The notes beneath the pieces are model-generated. The model was not told the origin of the DNA. It did not search any database and was given only the letters and a program-made list of their open reading frames with translations. From the NCBI GenBank assembly GCA_951813565.1, contig OX638351.1:4096001-4160000 (forward strand): a DNA stretch of 64,000 nucleotides, given 5' to 3'. Origin of the DNA: an uncultured Poribacteria bacterium. Its GTDB lineage: Bacteria; Poribacteria; WGA-4E; WGA-3G. Shown here one piece after another: positions 29,390 to 38,262 of this stretch (position 1 is its first letter; each line of letters begins with the position of its first letter). The position numbers and the translations under genes were made by a program.

Positions 29390-32068
29390 CTACTTTAAAA
29401 TCATGAGTCGACGTGTTTGTTGAAAAGTTGGTGTTGTCAACTGGTAAAAATAGATACCACTTGAGACGCTTTCACCTAAAGTATTCTTGCCATCCCAATA
29501 AGCAGCCTGTCCACGACTATTATAATAGCCTGCGGATTGGATACCGAGCGAAAGTGTGCGAATCACCTTACCCGTTGTATCGTAAATGGATACCGATACA
29601 GGACTATCTTGTGAGAGTTGATACGGAATCCACGTTTCTGGGTTAAATGGATTCGGATAGTTCTGCAACAACTTGTTCTGTAGCGGTTTGCCGATGCTAT
29701 CAAACTTGACAGATAATAGTGCGTTTGCCAGATTATCAGGAGTCACTTTAATAGTGAGTGCTTGTGATTCTACATTGCCGTTCGGACCGATAACGCGTAA
29801 TTCAATCACGTCTCCAACTCTGACAACGCTGCGCCGTGCCAAGTCAGCAGTTGCAGCAGCGAAGTAATCCCCTTGCACCGATGTGGTTATCACGCTGTTT
29901 GTTCTCAGGTTACGCACTATTACCTTATAGCCATCAAACGTTGGTTTACCTTCCAATTGCCCACTGACAACAAACGCCCACGCTTCCTGCGCCTGGGATG
30001 TAGCAAGTGGTGCTGCTGCAGCCTGCGTTCTATTTGTCCACCGTGATCCCACGAAGGCAAAATTGCGCGTCTGTGGCACATTGACGATATAGCCTTGTCC
30101 ACCCTCAATGGGGAATCCATCGTTGGGTGCGCCTGGTGTCCAACCTACAAAACGTTGATTTTCAGCATCAAGTGCTATTATAACTGTCGCGCCAGCTACC
30201 CCTGCAAGTGATTTTGCTGTCATCGGTTTTGGTGATGCCAAAGGCAGAGAAAGCATATTCAAACCTTGCGTCAACGTAACGTTGTAGACATTGCCAAAAA
30301 AATCGCTCACTGGTTTGGTAGCGGGTCTGGCGATAAACCCGTGTCTGCGTCCATCTGCTGAGTCATAGTGTCCGACTATAGAACCGTCCTGATTAATATT
30401 CCAGCCCTCTGTGCTAACGCTGCCCGGAAACTTTAATTTATGTAACCCGTGCTGGAATGAACCGACATAGGTGACCGGGACATCATCCACTGGTTTGGCT
30501 CTGCCCACGAGAGTTCCTGCATCGTTGATACCATGCACAAAAAAGTATTCAAAACTTGCTGCGTTTGGAAGGTCGAGAGATATAAGTCTGCCTTCCAGGG
30601 AACGCATATATGGATGATATATACCATCAGCATCTATGAAACTACCCACCATACGACCACTCGTGTTCACAAAATCAGCATAAGTTGCTGATGCTCCAGC
30701 GGCCTCAACTATTGTGTCACCTGAGAAACCACGGCGAACACCAGAAGCATCTATAAAACTACCTGTCAGTGCACCGGTCGCATCGCTGATACCGTATATC
30801 TCCGTTTGGACGGCACCTGGAAAATCGTATTGCCGCAATTCGCCATTTTCCAAGATGACACCGTGGTAGAGACCCTCGCTATCCTCGTAGTGTCCCGCAG
30901 CTACGCCATTATTACCGAGGGCGTAGAAAAAAGTGTTCTGTGAGCCAGGGAAACTGTATGTCGTAAAAACGCCATCAATTAATGTAAAGCCGACTATTTT
31001 TTCGCCATCCGCACTCATCGTGTTACCTGCGTACCCTTCAAAGTCGGTACTTGCAGTCAACGCTAAAAACGCTACCCCGGGAACGTCAATTGTCTCATAA
31101 GTATAGCTGACATCCTCAAGTGGTACAATGGGTTCATCGGGGACTGCTACACCAGGTCTGGCGATAAAGCCGTGTCTGCGTCCATCTTCTGTGTCATAGT
31201 GTCCGACGATAGAGCCATCCTGATTAATATTAAATCCCTCCGTGCTAACGCTGCCCGGCACCTTAAATGGCTTTAACCCTGCCTGGAATGTACCGACGTA
31301 AGTTTGTGGGACACCACCCTTTGATTTGGCTCGCGCAACGACAATATTTGCATCGTTGATACCGTGCACAAAAAAGTATTCCAACAGTGCTGCTCTTGGA
31401 AGGTCAAGAGATACAAACCTACCTGTCGGAGTGCGTATGTATGGATGATATATACCATCAGCATCTACGTAACTGCCCACCATACCACCGCTTGAGTTGA
31501 CAAAATCGGCAAAAGTTTCCAATGCTCCGTCAACCTCAATTATTTCGTCACCTGAGAAACCACGGCGAACACCAGAAGCATCTATAAAATTACCTGTTAG
31601 TTTCCCGGTCGCATCACTAATACCATATATTTCCGTTTGGACAGCACCCGGAAAATCGTATTGCCGCAATTCGCCATTTTCCAACACGACACCATGGAAC
31701 AGACCATTGCTATCCTCGTAGTGTCCGGCAGCGTTCCCATTATTACCGAGGGCATAGAAATAAGTGTTCTGTGAGCCAGGGAAATCGTAGGTGGTAAAAA
31801 CGCCATCAATTAGCGTAAAGGCGACCTCTTTTTCTCCATCAGTGCTTTTGGTGTAACCCGCGTAATCCTCAAAGTCGCTACTCGCTGTCAACGCTAAAAA
31901 ATCTACACCGGGAACATCAATCGTCTCAAAAGTATAGTTGTCACTGGCGAGTTTGACAACGGGTTCAGTGTTGTCTTGTGCAGCAGTGTCCATAAGAAAA
32001 AAGGAATTGAGGCACATGAAAAACGTAAACATGAAAAACAAAAAACTGGTTTTAATCTGTGTAGACAT
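29390..32068 (-). CDS. Secreted protein with a duplicated beta-propeller-like domain and T9SS-like C-terminal domain
   Basis: Two highly similar ~280-aa repeats (YDFPG, HGINDA, NINQDGSIVG); LLQNYPNPFNPETWIPY..SGIYFYQL. Confidence 0.85.
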   Translation of the reverse strand: MSTQIKTSFLFFMFTFFMCLNSFFLMDTAAQDNTEPVVKLASDNYTFETIDVPGVDFLALTASSDFEDYAGYTKSTDGEKEVAFTLIDGVFTTYDFPGSQNTYFYALGNNGNAAGHYEDSNGLFHGVVLENGELRQYDFPGAVQTEIYGISDATGKLTGNFIDASGVRRGFSGDEIIEVDGALETFADFVNSSGGMVGSYVDADGIYHPYIRTPTGRFVSLDLPRAALLEYFFVHGINDANIVVARAKSKGGVPQTYVGTFQAGLKPFKVPGSVSTEGFNINQDGSIVGHYDTEDGRRHGFIARPGVAVPDEPIVPLEDVSYTYETIDVPGVAFLALTASTDFEGYAGNTMSADGEKIVGFTLIDGVFTTYSFPGSQNTFFYALGNNGVAAGHYEDSEGLYHGVILENGELRQYDFPGAVQTEIYGISDATGALTGSFIDASGVRRGFSGDTIVEAAGASATYADFVNTSGRMVGSFIDADGIYHPYMRSLEGRLISLDLPNAASFEYFFVHGINDAGTLVGRAKPVDDVPVTYVGSFQHGLHKLKFPGSVSTEGWNINQDGSIVGHYDSADGRRHGFIARPATKPVSDFFGNVYNVTLTQGLNMLSLPLASPKPMTAKSLAGVAGATVIIALDAENQRFVGWTPGAPNDGFPIEGGQGYIVNVPQTRNFAFVGSRWTNRTQAAAAPLATSQAQEAWAFVVSGQLEGKPTFDGYKVIVRNLRTNSVITTSVQGDYFAAATADLARRSVVRVGDVIELRVIGPNGNVESQALTIKVTPDNLANALLSVKFDSIGKPLQNKLLQNYPNPFNPETWIPYQLSQDSPVSVSIYDTTGKVIRTLSLGIQSAGYYNSRGQAAYWDGKNTLGESVSSGIYFYQLTTPTFQQTRRLMILK

Positions 32069-32307
32069 AATGAAAACTCCCTAAATTATTTTCTCCAAAG
32101 ATCAAAGCAATATGCCGGATATCTCGTTCTGAGGGATGATGCTTGTAGTTGAAGTATTGCAGGTTTGCATTCAGCCACACGATAAAGACGAGGATTGGGT
32201 ATTCTGGCACATTTAGCATACCTATTAAGTATCTAACATTTTGCCAAAAAAGGCAAGGAGAATCTCATCTGTTTTCTTGATTTCCTTAGAAACTCGGCGA
32301 TGTGAAA

Positions 32308-33312
32308 TCATTCATCCCAAGGCAGCGGCACGCCGAGGCGTTCACTCGCTGCGCGTGCGGATGCCTGTTCCATTTCACCGTAGCGGATACCTTCTTGACG
32401 ATGTAACGCTGTCCGTTCTACTTCAATGGCACCTGGTAACAGTGCCTGATCTGTTCCGGGCAAAGGTTCATAAGTTTCACGGACATCACGCACCAACCGA
32501 TCAACTTCAGCATGGAAAAGGTCGGGTGGCACAACGGATTCAACATGTATAGCAAGTACCATGCCGCCATGACGTGCCCCACTCCATTTTGCGGTATCTT
32601 CCGGTGCTGGTTCAGTGAAACCGGTCAATGCTCCACCCAGTAGGCATGCCACGGCTGTATAGCCGATACTCTTAAAGAATGCAGCAGGAATTATGGAGAG
32701 TAGTTCATCAAATTCTGGACCGCGTTGGTAATCTGCCATAATACATGTCGCCGCGTCAAGCACGACTGGCGGTTCATCGCCCGAAGGGATAGCAAAACAG
32801 ATAGGTGGGTTACCGTAGTAGCCAAGTTGAGGCTTTGTATCTCTATTTCCAGCATTACCATGGTTTTGATACCCTTGCACCGAAAAACCGACACAACCCG
32901 ATTCATTGCATAAACGGGCATAGTGTCCTGCTGAGCCGTAGTGACCAATGTAGCGGACGAGTCCCATTCCAATGCCTACCTCCTTTGCTTTGGCGATCGC
33001 GCGTTCAGTTGCCCGTACCATCGGAAGGTAACCGAGTGTGCCGTTGCCATCAAGCACAACGGCTGTCGGTGTTTCATGGATAACACGGATATTCGGGTTG
33101 GGATTGAGACTACCGTTTTCAAAACCTCCGCAGTAGCCGCTTAGCGTCCGTGTGCCGTGGCTACGCACACCACGCAAATCGGAATTCACGAGCAGACGAC
33201 TGATAATCGCGGCGTGTTCATGTGTAATCCCTGCTTTTTCAAAGCAGGTAGTGCTAAAGTTGAGAAGTCGTTCTTCGTCAACACGGATGAATTCTTCTGG
33301 CGGTCTATTCAT
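32308..33312 (-). CDS. Ldh_2 family oxidoreductase (type 2 malate/L-lactate dehydrogenase-like)
   Basis: DLRGVRSHG, LDGNGTLG, HYGSAGHY, GNPPICFAIP, LLPG. Confidence 0.88.
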   Translation of the reverse strand: MNRPPEEFIRVDEERLLNFSTTCFEKAGITHEHAAIISRLLVNSDLRGVRSHGTRTLSGYCGGFENGSLNPNPNIRVIHETPTAVVLDGNGTLGYLPMVRATERAIAKAKEVGIGMGLVRYIGHYGSAGHYARLCNESGCVGFSVQGYQNHGNAGNRDTKPQLGYYGNPPICFAIPSGDEPPVVLDAATCIMADYQRGPEFDELLSIIPAAFFKSIGYTAVACLLGGALTGFTEPAPEDTAKWSGARHGGMVLAIHVESVVPPDLFHAEVDRLVRDVRETYEPLPGTDQALLPGAIEVERTALHRQEGIRYGEMEQASARAASERLGVPLPWDE

Positions 33313-33358
33313 AATTTTCTCCTATTTCGTATTGACACTATCAATTCAATGCCATATT

Positions 33359-34513
33359 TTATGGGTCAATTTGCTGATAGAACTGCTTTTCACCGTCTTT
33401 GATAGTGAAAATCACAGCGCTTTTAGTGGGTTGGCGATTTTCGTTATAACGTGCAATGCTTGTCGCACCAACATAATTTTCTGTGACAGCAAGTTGCTCA
33501 CGTATTGCATCTGGATCAAGACTACCTGCTCGTTCTATCGCTTCAAAAAGCAATTTGACAGCATCGTAGTTTACAGCCACACCTCCAGTAGGTGTAGATT
33601 CATAGACAGACATGTAAGTGTCAACAAAAGCGCGTGCATTCGGTTCATTTGTGTCCGGTGAAAAGTGACCGCTGAAGTAACTACCTTCTATTTCAGCATT
33701 TTCGTCGTCAAACAGGAGTGTACTGTCCCAAGAATCTGCGCCAAGAAAAACTGTGGGTTCACCAGCGGCGTTTTGCAACGGAATTGCCCGTGCCTGTTGT
33801 GTAATATCTACAATGTCTTGAACAAAACCCGCTGTGAAAAGCGCATCAGGTTTCATTTCTTCGATTTGTGTTAACTGCTCTGTAAAATCGGTTGTACCAC
33901 CTTCAAAGGACGCATTTGCAACCACATTTCCACCAAGTGAGGTAAAATTAGATGCAAAAAATTCGGATATCCCTTCTGTATAGAGGTCCCCGCTTCGTGT
34001 TATAATGGCAGCGGTTGAAATACCGAGTTCCATTTTCGCAAATTGTGCCATCACAGCACCTTGAAAACTGTCCGTAAACGCTGCCATAAACACAAAATCA
34101 CCGGCTTGCGTAACATTCGGGTTCGTTGCGGTGGTCGTAACCATCGGTATCCGATGTTTTTGTGCAACGGGACCTACCACAGCAGCGTGAGAAGAACGGT
34201 TTGGTCCAATCAGCGCGACGATTTCGTCTTCAACAATCAACGACTCAGCAAGTTGAACAGAGACATCCAATATTGCTTCTTTGTTAATATGGCCAATCAA
34301 TTCAACAGGCATACCAAATAGCCCGCCGCGTTGGTTAATTTCTGTTACCGCCATTTCTGCACCGTTTGGATAGGTAACCCGTTGTCCAGCAACGATAAAA
34401 CCGATTTTCACAGTTGGCTCTGGCGTAGGGGCAAGAACCTCTTTGACATTATCACATCCTATAAATGTTAACACTAACAAACTCACGCAAATTGTTGCTA
34501 TAAATTTCTGCAT
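33359..34513 (-). CDS. Branched-chain amino acid ABC substrate-binding lipoprotein (LivJ/K-like), orphan
   Basis: Lipobox FIGC; EINQRGG, ATNPNVT, FTDSFQG, GADSWD, YDAV. Confidence 0.88.
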   Translation of the reverse strand: MQKFIATICVSLLVLTFIGCDNVKEVLAPTPEPTVKIGFIVAGQRVTYPNGAEMAVTEINQRGGLFGMPVELIGHINKEAILDVSVQLAESLIVEDEIVALIGPNRSSHAAVVGPVAQKHRIPMVTTTATNPNVTQAGDFVFMAAFTDSFQGAVMAQFAKMELGISTAAIITRSGDLYTEGISEFFASNFTSLGGNVVANASFEGGTTDFTEQLTQIEEMKPDALFTAGFVQDIVDITQQARAIPLQNAAGEPTVFLGADSWDSTLLFDDENAEIEGSYFSGHFSPDTNEPNARAFVDTYMSVYESTPTGGVAVNYDAVKLLFEAIERAGSLDPDAIREQLAVTENYVGATSIARYNENRQPTKSAVIFTIKDGEKQFYQQIDP

Positions 34514-34758
34514 ATAAAGCTCCTTTGTTACGACATAGGAGTATGCCGACTCCTTAATCTTATGTAAAAAAAACCTTTTCTTAGTTTCAGATTTCTGTTA
34601 AAATGAAAAACTTATGCTGATGGTTTCGCCGCCTCGTTATCCTAAAATCAGCAACGAGGATAAGGTCTGGCTAATCAAACAAACTAATATAATTAATATC
34701 ATTAATTTATGATAATAAGCAAGTTATTTCTAAGAATGTTGTATAGGTCAATAAATTT

Positions 34759-35502
34759 ATGGAAACCTTAATCACAGTGATTGGTCGTGGGCATTCTGGG
34801 ACACGCGCTATATCACATACGTTGTACGCCAGCGGTGTTTATATGGGGAGTCAATTAAACCCGTCTGGCGATAAGATTCCGCCGCACGCAATGTACGATG
34901 CATGTAGAGTGATGGCAAAATATGTCAAATGGAAAGGCGGATTATCGTGGAATTTCGATCCGTTGTGGACGATACCGATTGACCCAGAGTTTGCGCAGCT
35001 TATCCATACTTATTTGTCGGATGTGCTGGATGACAAGTCTAAAAATAAAGGATGGAAAATACCAGAGACAACACTCGTGTATCCTTGGATAGCGCGTATG
35101 TTTCCAGAGGTCCGTTTTATCCATTGGATTCGTGATCCGAGGGATTGTATCTTAGGTAGTCACAAAACAGATAATTTACGCGACTTTGGCATTGAATATC
35201 AGCAAACGGATGATATTTTTGAAAGACGAGCGATTTCTTGGTACTATCAATATCAATTGATGAAAGCGACGCCGAAACCGAAACATGTAATTCAAATCCG
35301 ATTTGAGGATTTCGTGCTGAAACAAGAGGAGACACTCAAACGGCTTGAAGCATATTTAGACATGCCGTTAGGACGAATTATAGTGCGTCCAGAAGCGGTT
35401 GCACGTTGGAAAAAAGTTGACAAACCTTGTGGACTTCCTTTTGATTTTTTACGAGAGGCTATTGTTGAAAACGGTTATGCATTAACAGCAGATTCACCAT
35501 AA
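34759..35502 (+). CDS. Sulfotransferase family protein
   Basis: 5'-PSB-like GRGHSGTR, GWKIPE, 3'-PB-like IRDPRD, IRFEDF. Confidence 0.8.
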   Translation: METLITVIGRGHSGTRAISHTLYASGVYMGSQLNPSGDKIPPHAMYDACRVMAKYVKWKGGLSWNFDPLWTIPIDPEFAQLIHTYLSDVLDDKSKNKGWKIPETTLVYPWIARMFPEVRFIHWIRDPRDCILGSHKTDNLRDFGIEYQQTDDIFERRAISWYYQYQLMKATPKPKHVIQIRFEDFVLKQEETLKRLEAYLDMPLGRIIVRPEAVARWKKVDKPCGLPFDFLREAIVENGYALTADSP

Positions 35503-35525
35503 AATATTACAAAAGAGGAACTATT

Positions 35526-36551
35526 ATGCCCAAAAATGGAAAATTTCAAGTTGGCTTGGTTGGAACCGGGGGAATTGCCCGTGCCCATGGCGGTGCGTGC
35601 CAAGCAGCACCAAGTGCTGAATTAGCGGCAATCCATGATGTGTCAGAAGGTGCATTAGCCGGTTTTGGTGAGCAGTTTGATGTTGCTCCCGAAAATCGAT
35701 ATCTATCTTTAGATGAGATGTTGGAATCTGAAGATTTGGATATTGCGGTCATTTGTACGTGGGGTGCGTTCCACGCCGAAGTTGGAATTCAAATTTCAGA
35801 ATCCCGTCAAGTGAAAGCGATTCTATGTGAAAAACCTTTCACATCAACAGCTGCGGAAGCAGAGGCATTCGTTGGTGCAGCACAAGAAAACGGTGTCCTC
35901 GTCGCAGAAGCGTTTAAGTTTCGCCATCATCCGATGCATATCAAGGCAAAAGAATTAGTTGATTCGGGTGCAATCGGTGAGTTTATGACGCTCCGCAGCA
36001 CTTTCTGCACTGGTGGTGGGGGTGGCGGACCCGAAACCCGTAAACCCGAAGCAAATTGGCGGTTTAATAAAGCGAAGGGTGGCGGTAGTATTTACGATTT
36101 GGCGTGTTACAATATCCACCATGCACGGTTTATGTTCGGTGCTGAACCGATTCGGGTGTCGGGCGCGTCTCAAGCAGGATTGGAAGTTGATGATGCTTCC
36201 TACCTACTCTTAGTATTCCCCGATGAAAAAACTGCCCAGATTTCTACCGGTTTCAATTGTGCTGGTGGTCAGTATGCCGAAATGACAGGGTTAGGGGGCA
36301 TGCTTCGAATTGATGCCGCATGGAATAATGGCGGTTCTCCTGTTAATATTGTTCTGCAGAACAGGGATGGTCGTGAAGTAATTGATATTGATCCTGTTAA
36401 TCAGTTTGCATTGCAGCTTGAGCACATGTGCGAATGTTTGAAAACAGGACAACCGCACCGCATCTCACCCGAAAGCTGCATAAATCAGATGCGCGTTATT
36501 GATGCTGCTTTTGAGGCTATGGCAACTGGTCGAACGGTTGAATTAGGATAA
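35526..36551 (+). CDS. Gfo/Idh/MocA family oxidoreductase
   Basis: GLVGTGGIA, LCEKP, GGGSIYDLACY. Confidence 0.92.
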   Translation: MPKNGKFQVGLVGTGGIARAHGGACQAAPSAELAAIHDVSEGALAGFGEQFDVAPENRYLSLDEMLESEDLDIAVICTWGAFHAEVGIQISESRQVKAILCEKPFTSTAAEAEAFVGAAQENGVLVAEAFKFRHHPMHIKAKELVDSGAIGEFMTLRSTFCTGGGGGGPETRKPEANWRFNKAKGGGSIYDLACYNIHHARFMFGAEPIRVSGASQAGLEVDDASYLLLVFPDEKTAQISTGFNCAGGQYAEMTGLGGMLRIDAAWNNGGSPVNIVLQNRDGREVIDIDPVNQFALQLEHMCECLKTGQPHRISPESCINQMRVIDAAFEAMATGRTVELG

Positions 36552-36656
36552 CAAATTTAAATGGCAATCGGCTTTCAGTCTTCGGCTATCAGCAGAAATG
36601 GCTATAGACTGACAACTATTATTCTAACTGCTGATGGCTGATGGCTGACTGCTGTT

Positions 36657-37370
36657 ATGCTGGCAACTATTATGGCAAATCTTGCTGAAACGAAAGCACT
36701 TACCTTCGACCTATTCGGAACAATTTTAGATTTAGGCGGCAGTCTTACACCTTTCATCCGTGAATCTTTAGATGCCCACGATGCTTCCGATATATTTGCG
36801 GGTGATTTTTGGGAACAGTGGCGCTACAGGCAACGGATTGAGCAGTATCAGGACACAATCATGATGCTTGGGCATAGCGGCTACCTGGAAACGGTGCGCC
36901 GTGCATTGCACTACACGCTCAGACGAAACGGCATAAATGCTTCAAGTGCTACAGTTGAAGCATTTATGCAAGGGTGGCATCACTTGTCTCCCTTTCCAGA
37001 AGTTTTACCTGCGCTTGAACGACTACAATCTCGGTATCAATTAGTGGTATTGTCCAACGGGGATCCAGAGTTTTTAGAATACCTTGTTACAGAAAGGGTT
37101 GCATGGGATTTTGACGATGTTATCTCTGTTACATCTGTGGGGGCATTTAAACCGCATCCAGCGGTCTATCGTGGTGCTGCAGGAAAACTGGGTCTTGAAG
37201 TTAGTGAGTGCCTAATGGTATCCGCGAACTCATTTGACATTATGGGTGCGCGGGCGTGTGGATATCGGGGTGCGTTTGTCAATCGTTACAACTTACCTTA
37301 TGAGGATACGCAATTTCAACCTGATGTGACTGTGAACGATTTTACGGAATTGGCAGACGCTTTGTTATAG
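36657..37370 (+). CDS. Haloacid dehalogenase, type II (start may be 36672)
   Basis: FDLFGT, LSNG, FKPHPAVY, VSANSFD. Confidence 0.88.
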   Translation: MLATIMANLAETKALTFDLFGTILDLGGSLTPFIRESLDAHDASDIFAGDFWEQWRYRQRIEQYQDTIMMLGHSGYLETVRRALHYTLRRNGINASSATVEAFMQGWHHLSPFPEVLPALERLQSRYQLVVLSNGDPEFLEYLVTERVAWDFDDVISVTSVGAFKPHPAVYRGAAGKLGLEVSECLMVSANSFDIMGARACGYRGAFVNRYNLPYEDTQFQPDVTVNDFTELADALL

Positions 37371-37385
37371 TCACATTCATTTCTG

Positions 37386-38006
37386 CTATTTAGTGCTATC
37401 TGAAGTGGTGATGTTCCATAGGAGTATCGTTCCATCCGCACTTCCACTCACGAGCGTCCTACCATCCGTATTGAATGTGATACTATTGACATCTCCTGTA
37501 TGTTCCTTGAAGATCCGAATGTGTTTACCTGTAGCGACATCCCACAGGCGGATAGTATTGTCCGCACTACCACTTGCGATTGTTTTTCCATCCGGACTAA
37601 ACGCTACGCTTTTGACATCACCCGTATGTCCTTTGAGTGCCTGCTTTTGTTCACCTGTGCCTATATCCCATAAACGGATAGCGTAATCTGCCCAACCTTC
37701 ACCACTTGCAAATGTTTTACCGTCAGGACTGAACGCAATACAAGTAACATTTCTTGTATGACCTGTCAGTAGTGCTATTTCTTTATAGGTTGCCGTATCA
37801 TAAAGCCAAATACTGATTGAGCTTGCGACCGCGAAGTGTTTGCCATCTGGGGAATATTGTATCTGACTGATATAGCCTTTACCTAACCTTGCTGTGGCAC
37901 CTTCAGGTAAACTGAATTGCGGAGAATCTTGTGCAAAAACGTTCGGAAGATATAATATTGAGAGGATATACAATATTGAGAAAATGATAAATGATCGGTT
38001 TTTCAT
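37386..38006 (-). CDS. Short secreted WD40-repeat protein
   Basis: Signal peptide, LPEGATARLGKG, about 4 GH..WD repeats. Confidence 0.85.
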   Translation of the reverse strand: MKNRSFIIFSILYILSILYLPNVFAQDSPQFSLPEGATARLGKGYISQIQYSPDGKHFAVASSISIWLYDTATYKEIALLTGHTRNVTCIAFSPDGKTFASGEGWADYAIRLWDIGTGEQKQALKGHTGDVKSVAFSPDGKTIASGSADNTIRLWDVATGKHIRIFKEHTGDVNSITFNTDGRTLVSGSADGTILLWNITTSDSTK

Positions 38007-38128
38007 GCGGATTTCTTATTTTTACTGTGATTGATTGTAATACGCAGCATGTATCGATTAATGTGTGCATCTTCTGTTTTATAGTATTTCACAAAGATGA
38101 TGAAATGTCAACATTCACTTAAACAAAA

Positions 38129-38213
38129 CAGGGTTATTTATAGTGAACTTATTTACATAATTTACTATAAAATGTGAAAATATAGCCGAAAAATAGAAAA
38201 CTGAATAACCCTG
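38129..38213. mobile_element. Small MITE, CAGGGTTATT TIR family
   Basis: CAGGGTTATT..AATAACCCTG; same ends as 50512-50718 and a lone end near 11560. Confidence 0.6.
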
Positions 38214-38262
38214 AAACAGAAAAGAGGGCAGACCGTATGCCTACCCTCAATAAATCTAAATA

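Noticed and set aside
36560..36655. Short GCTGATG-type repeats between the oxidoreductase and HAD genes
   Set aside because: Short degenerate heptamer palindrome with no evidence of a specific function.
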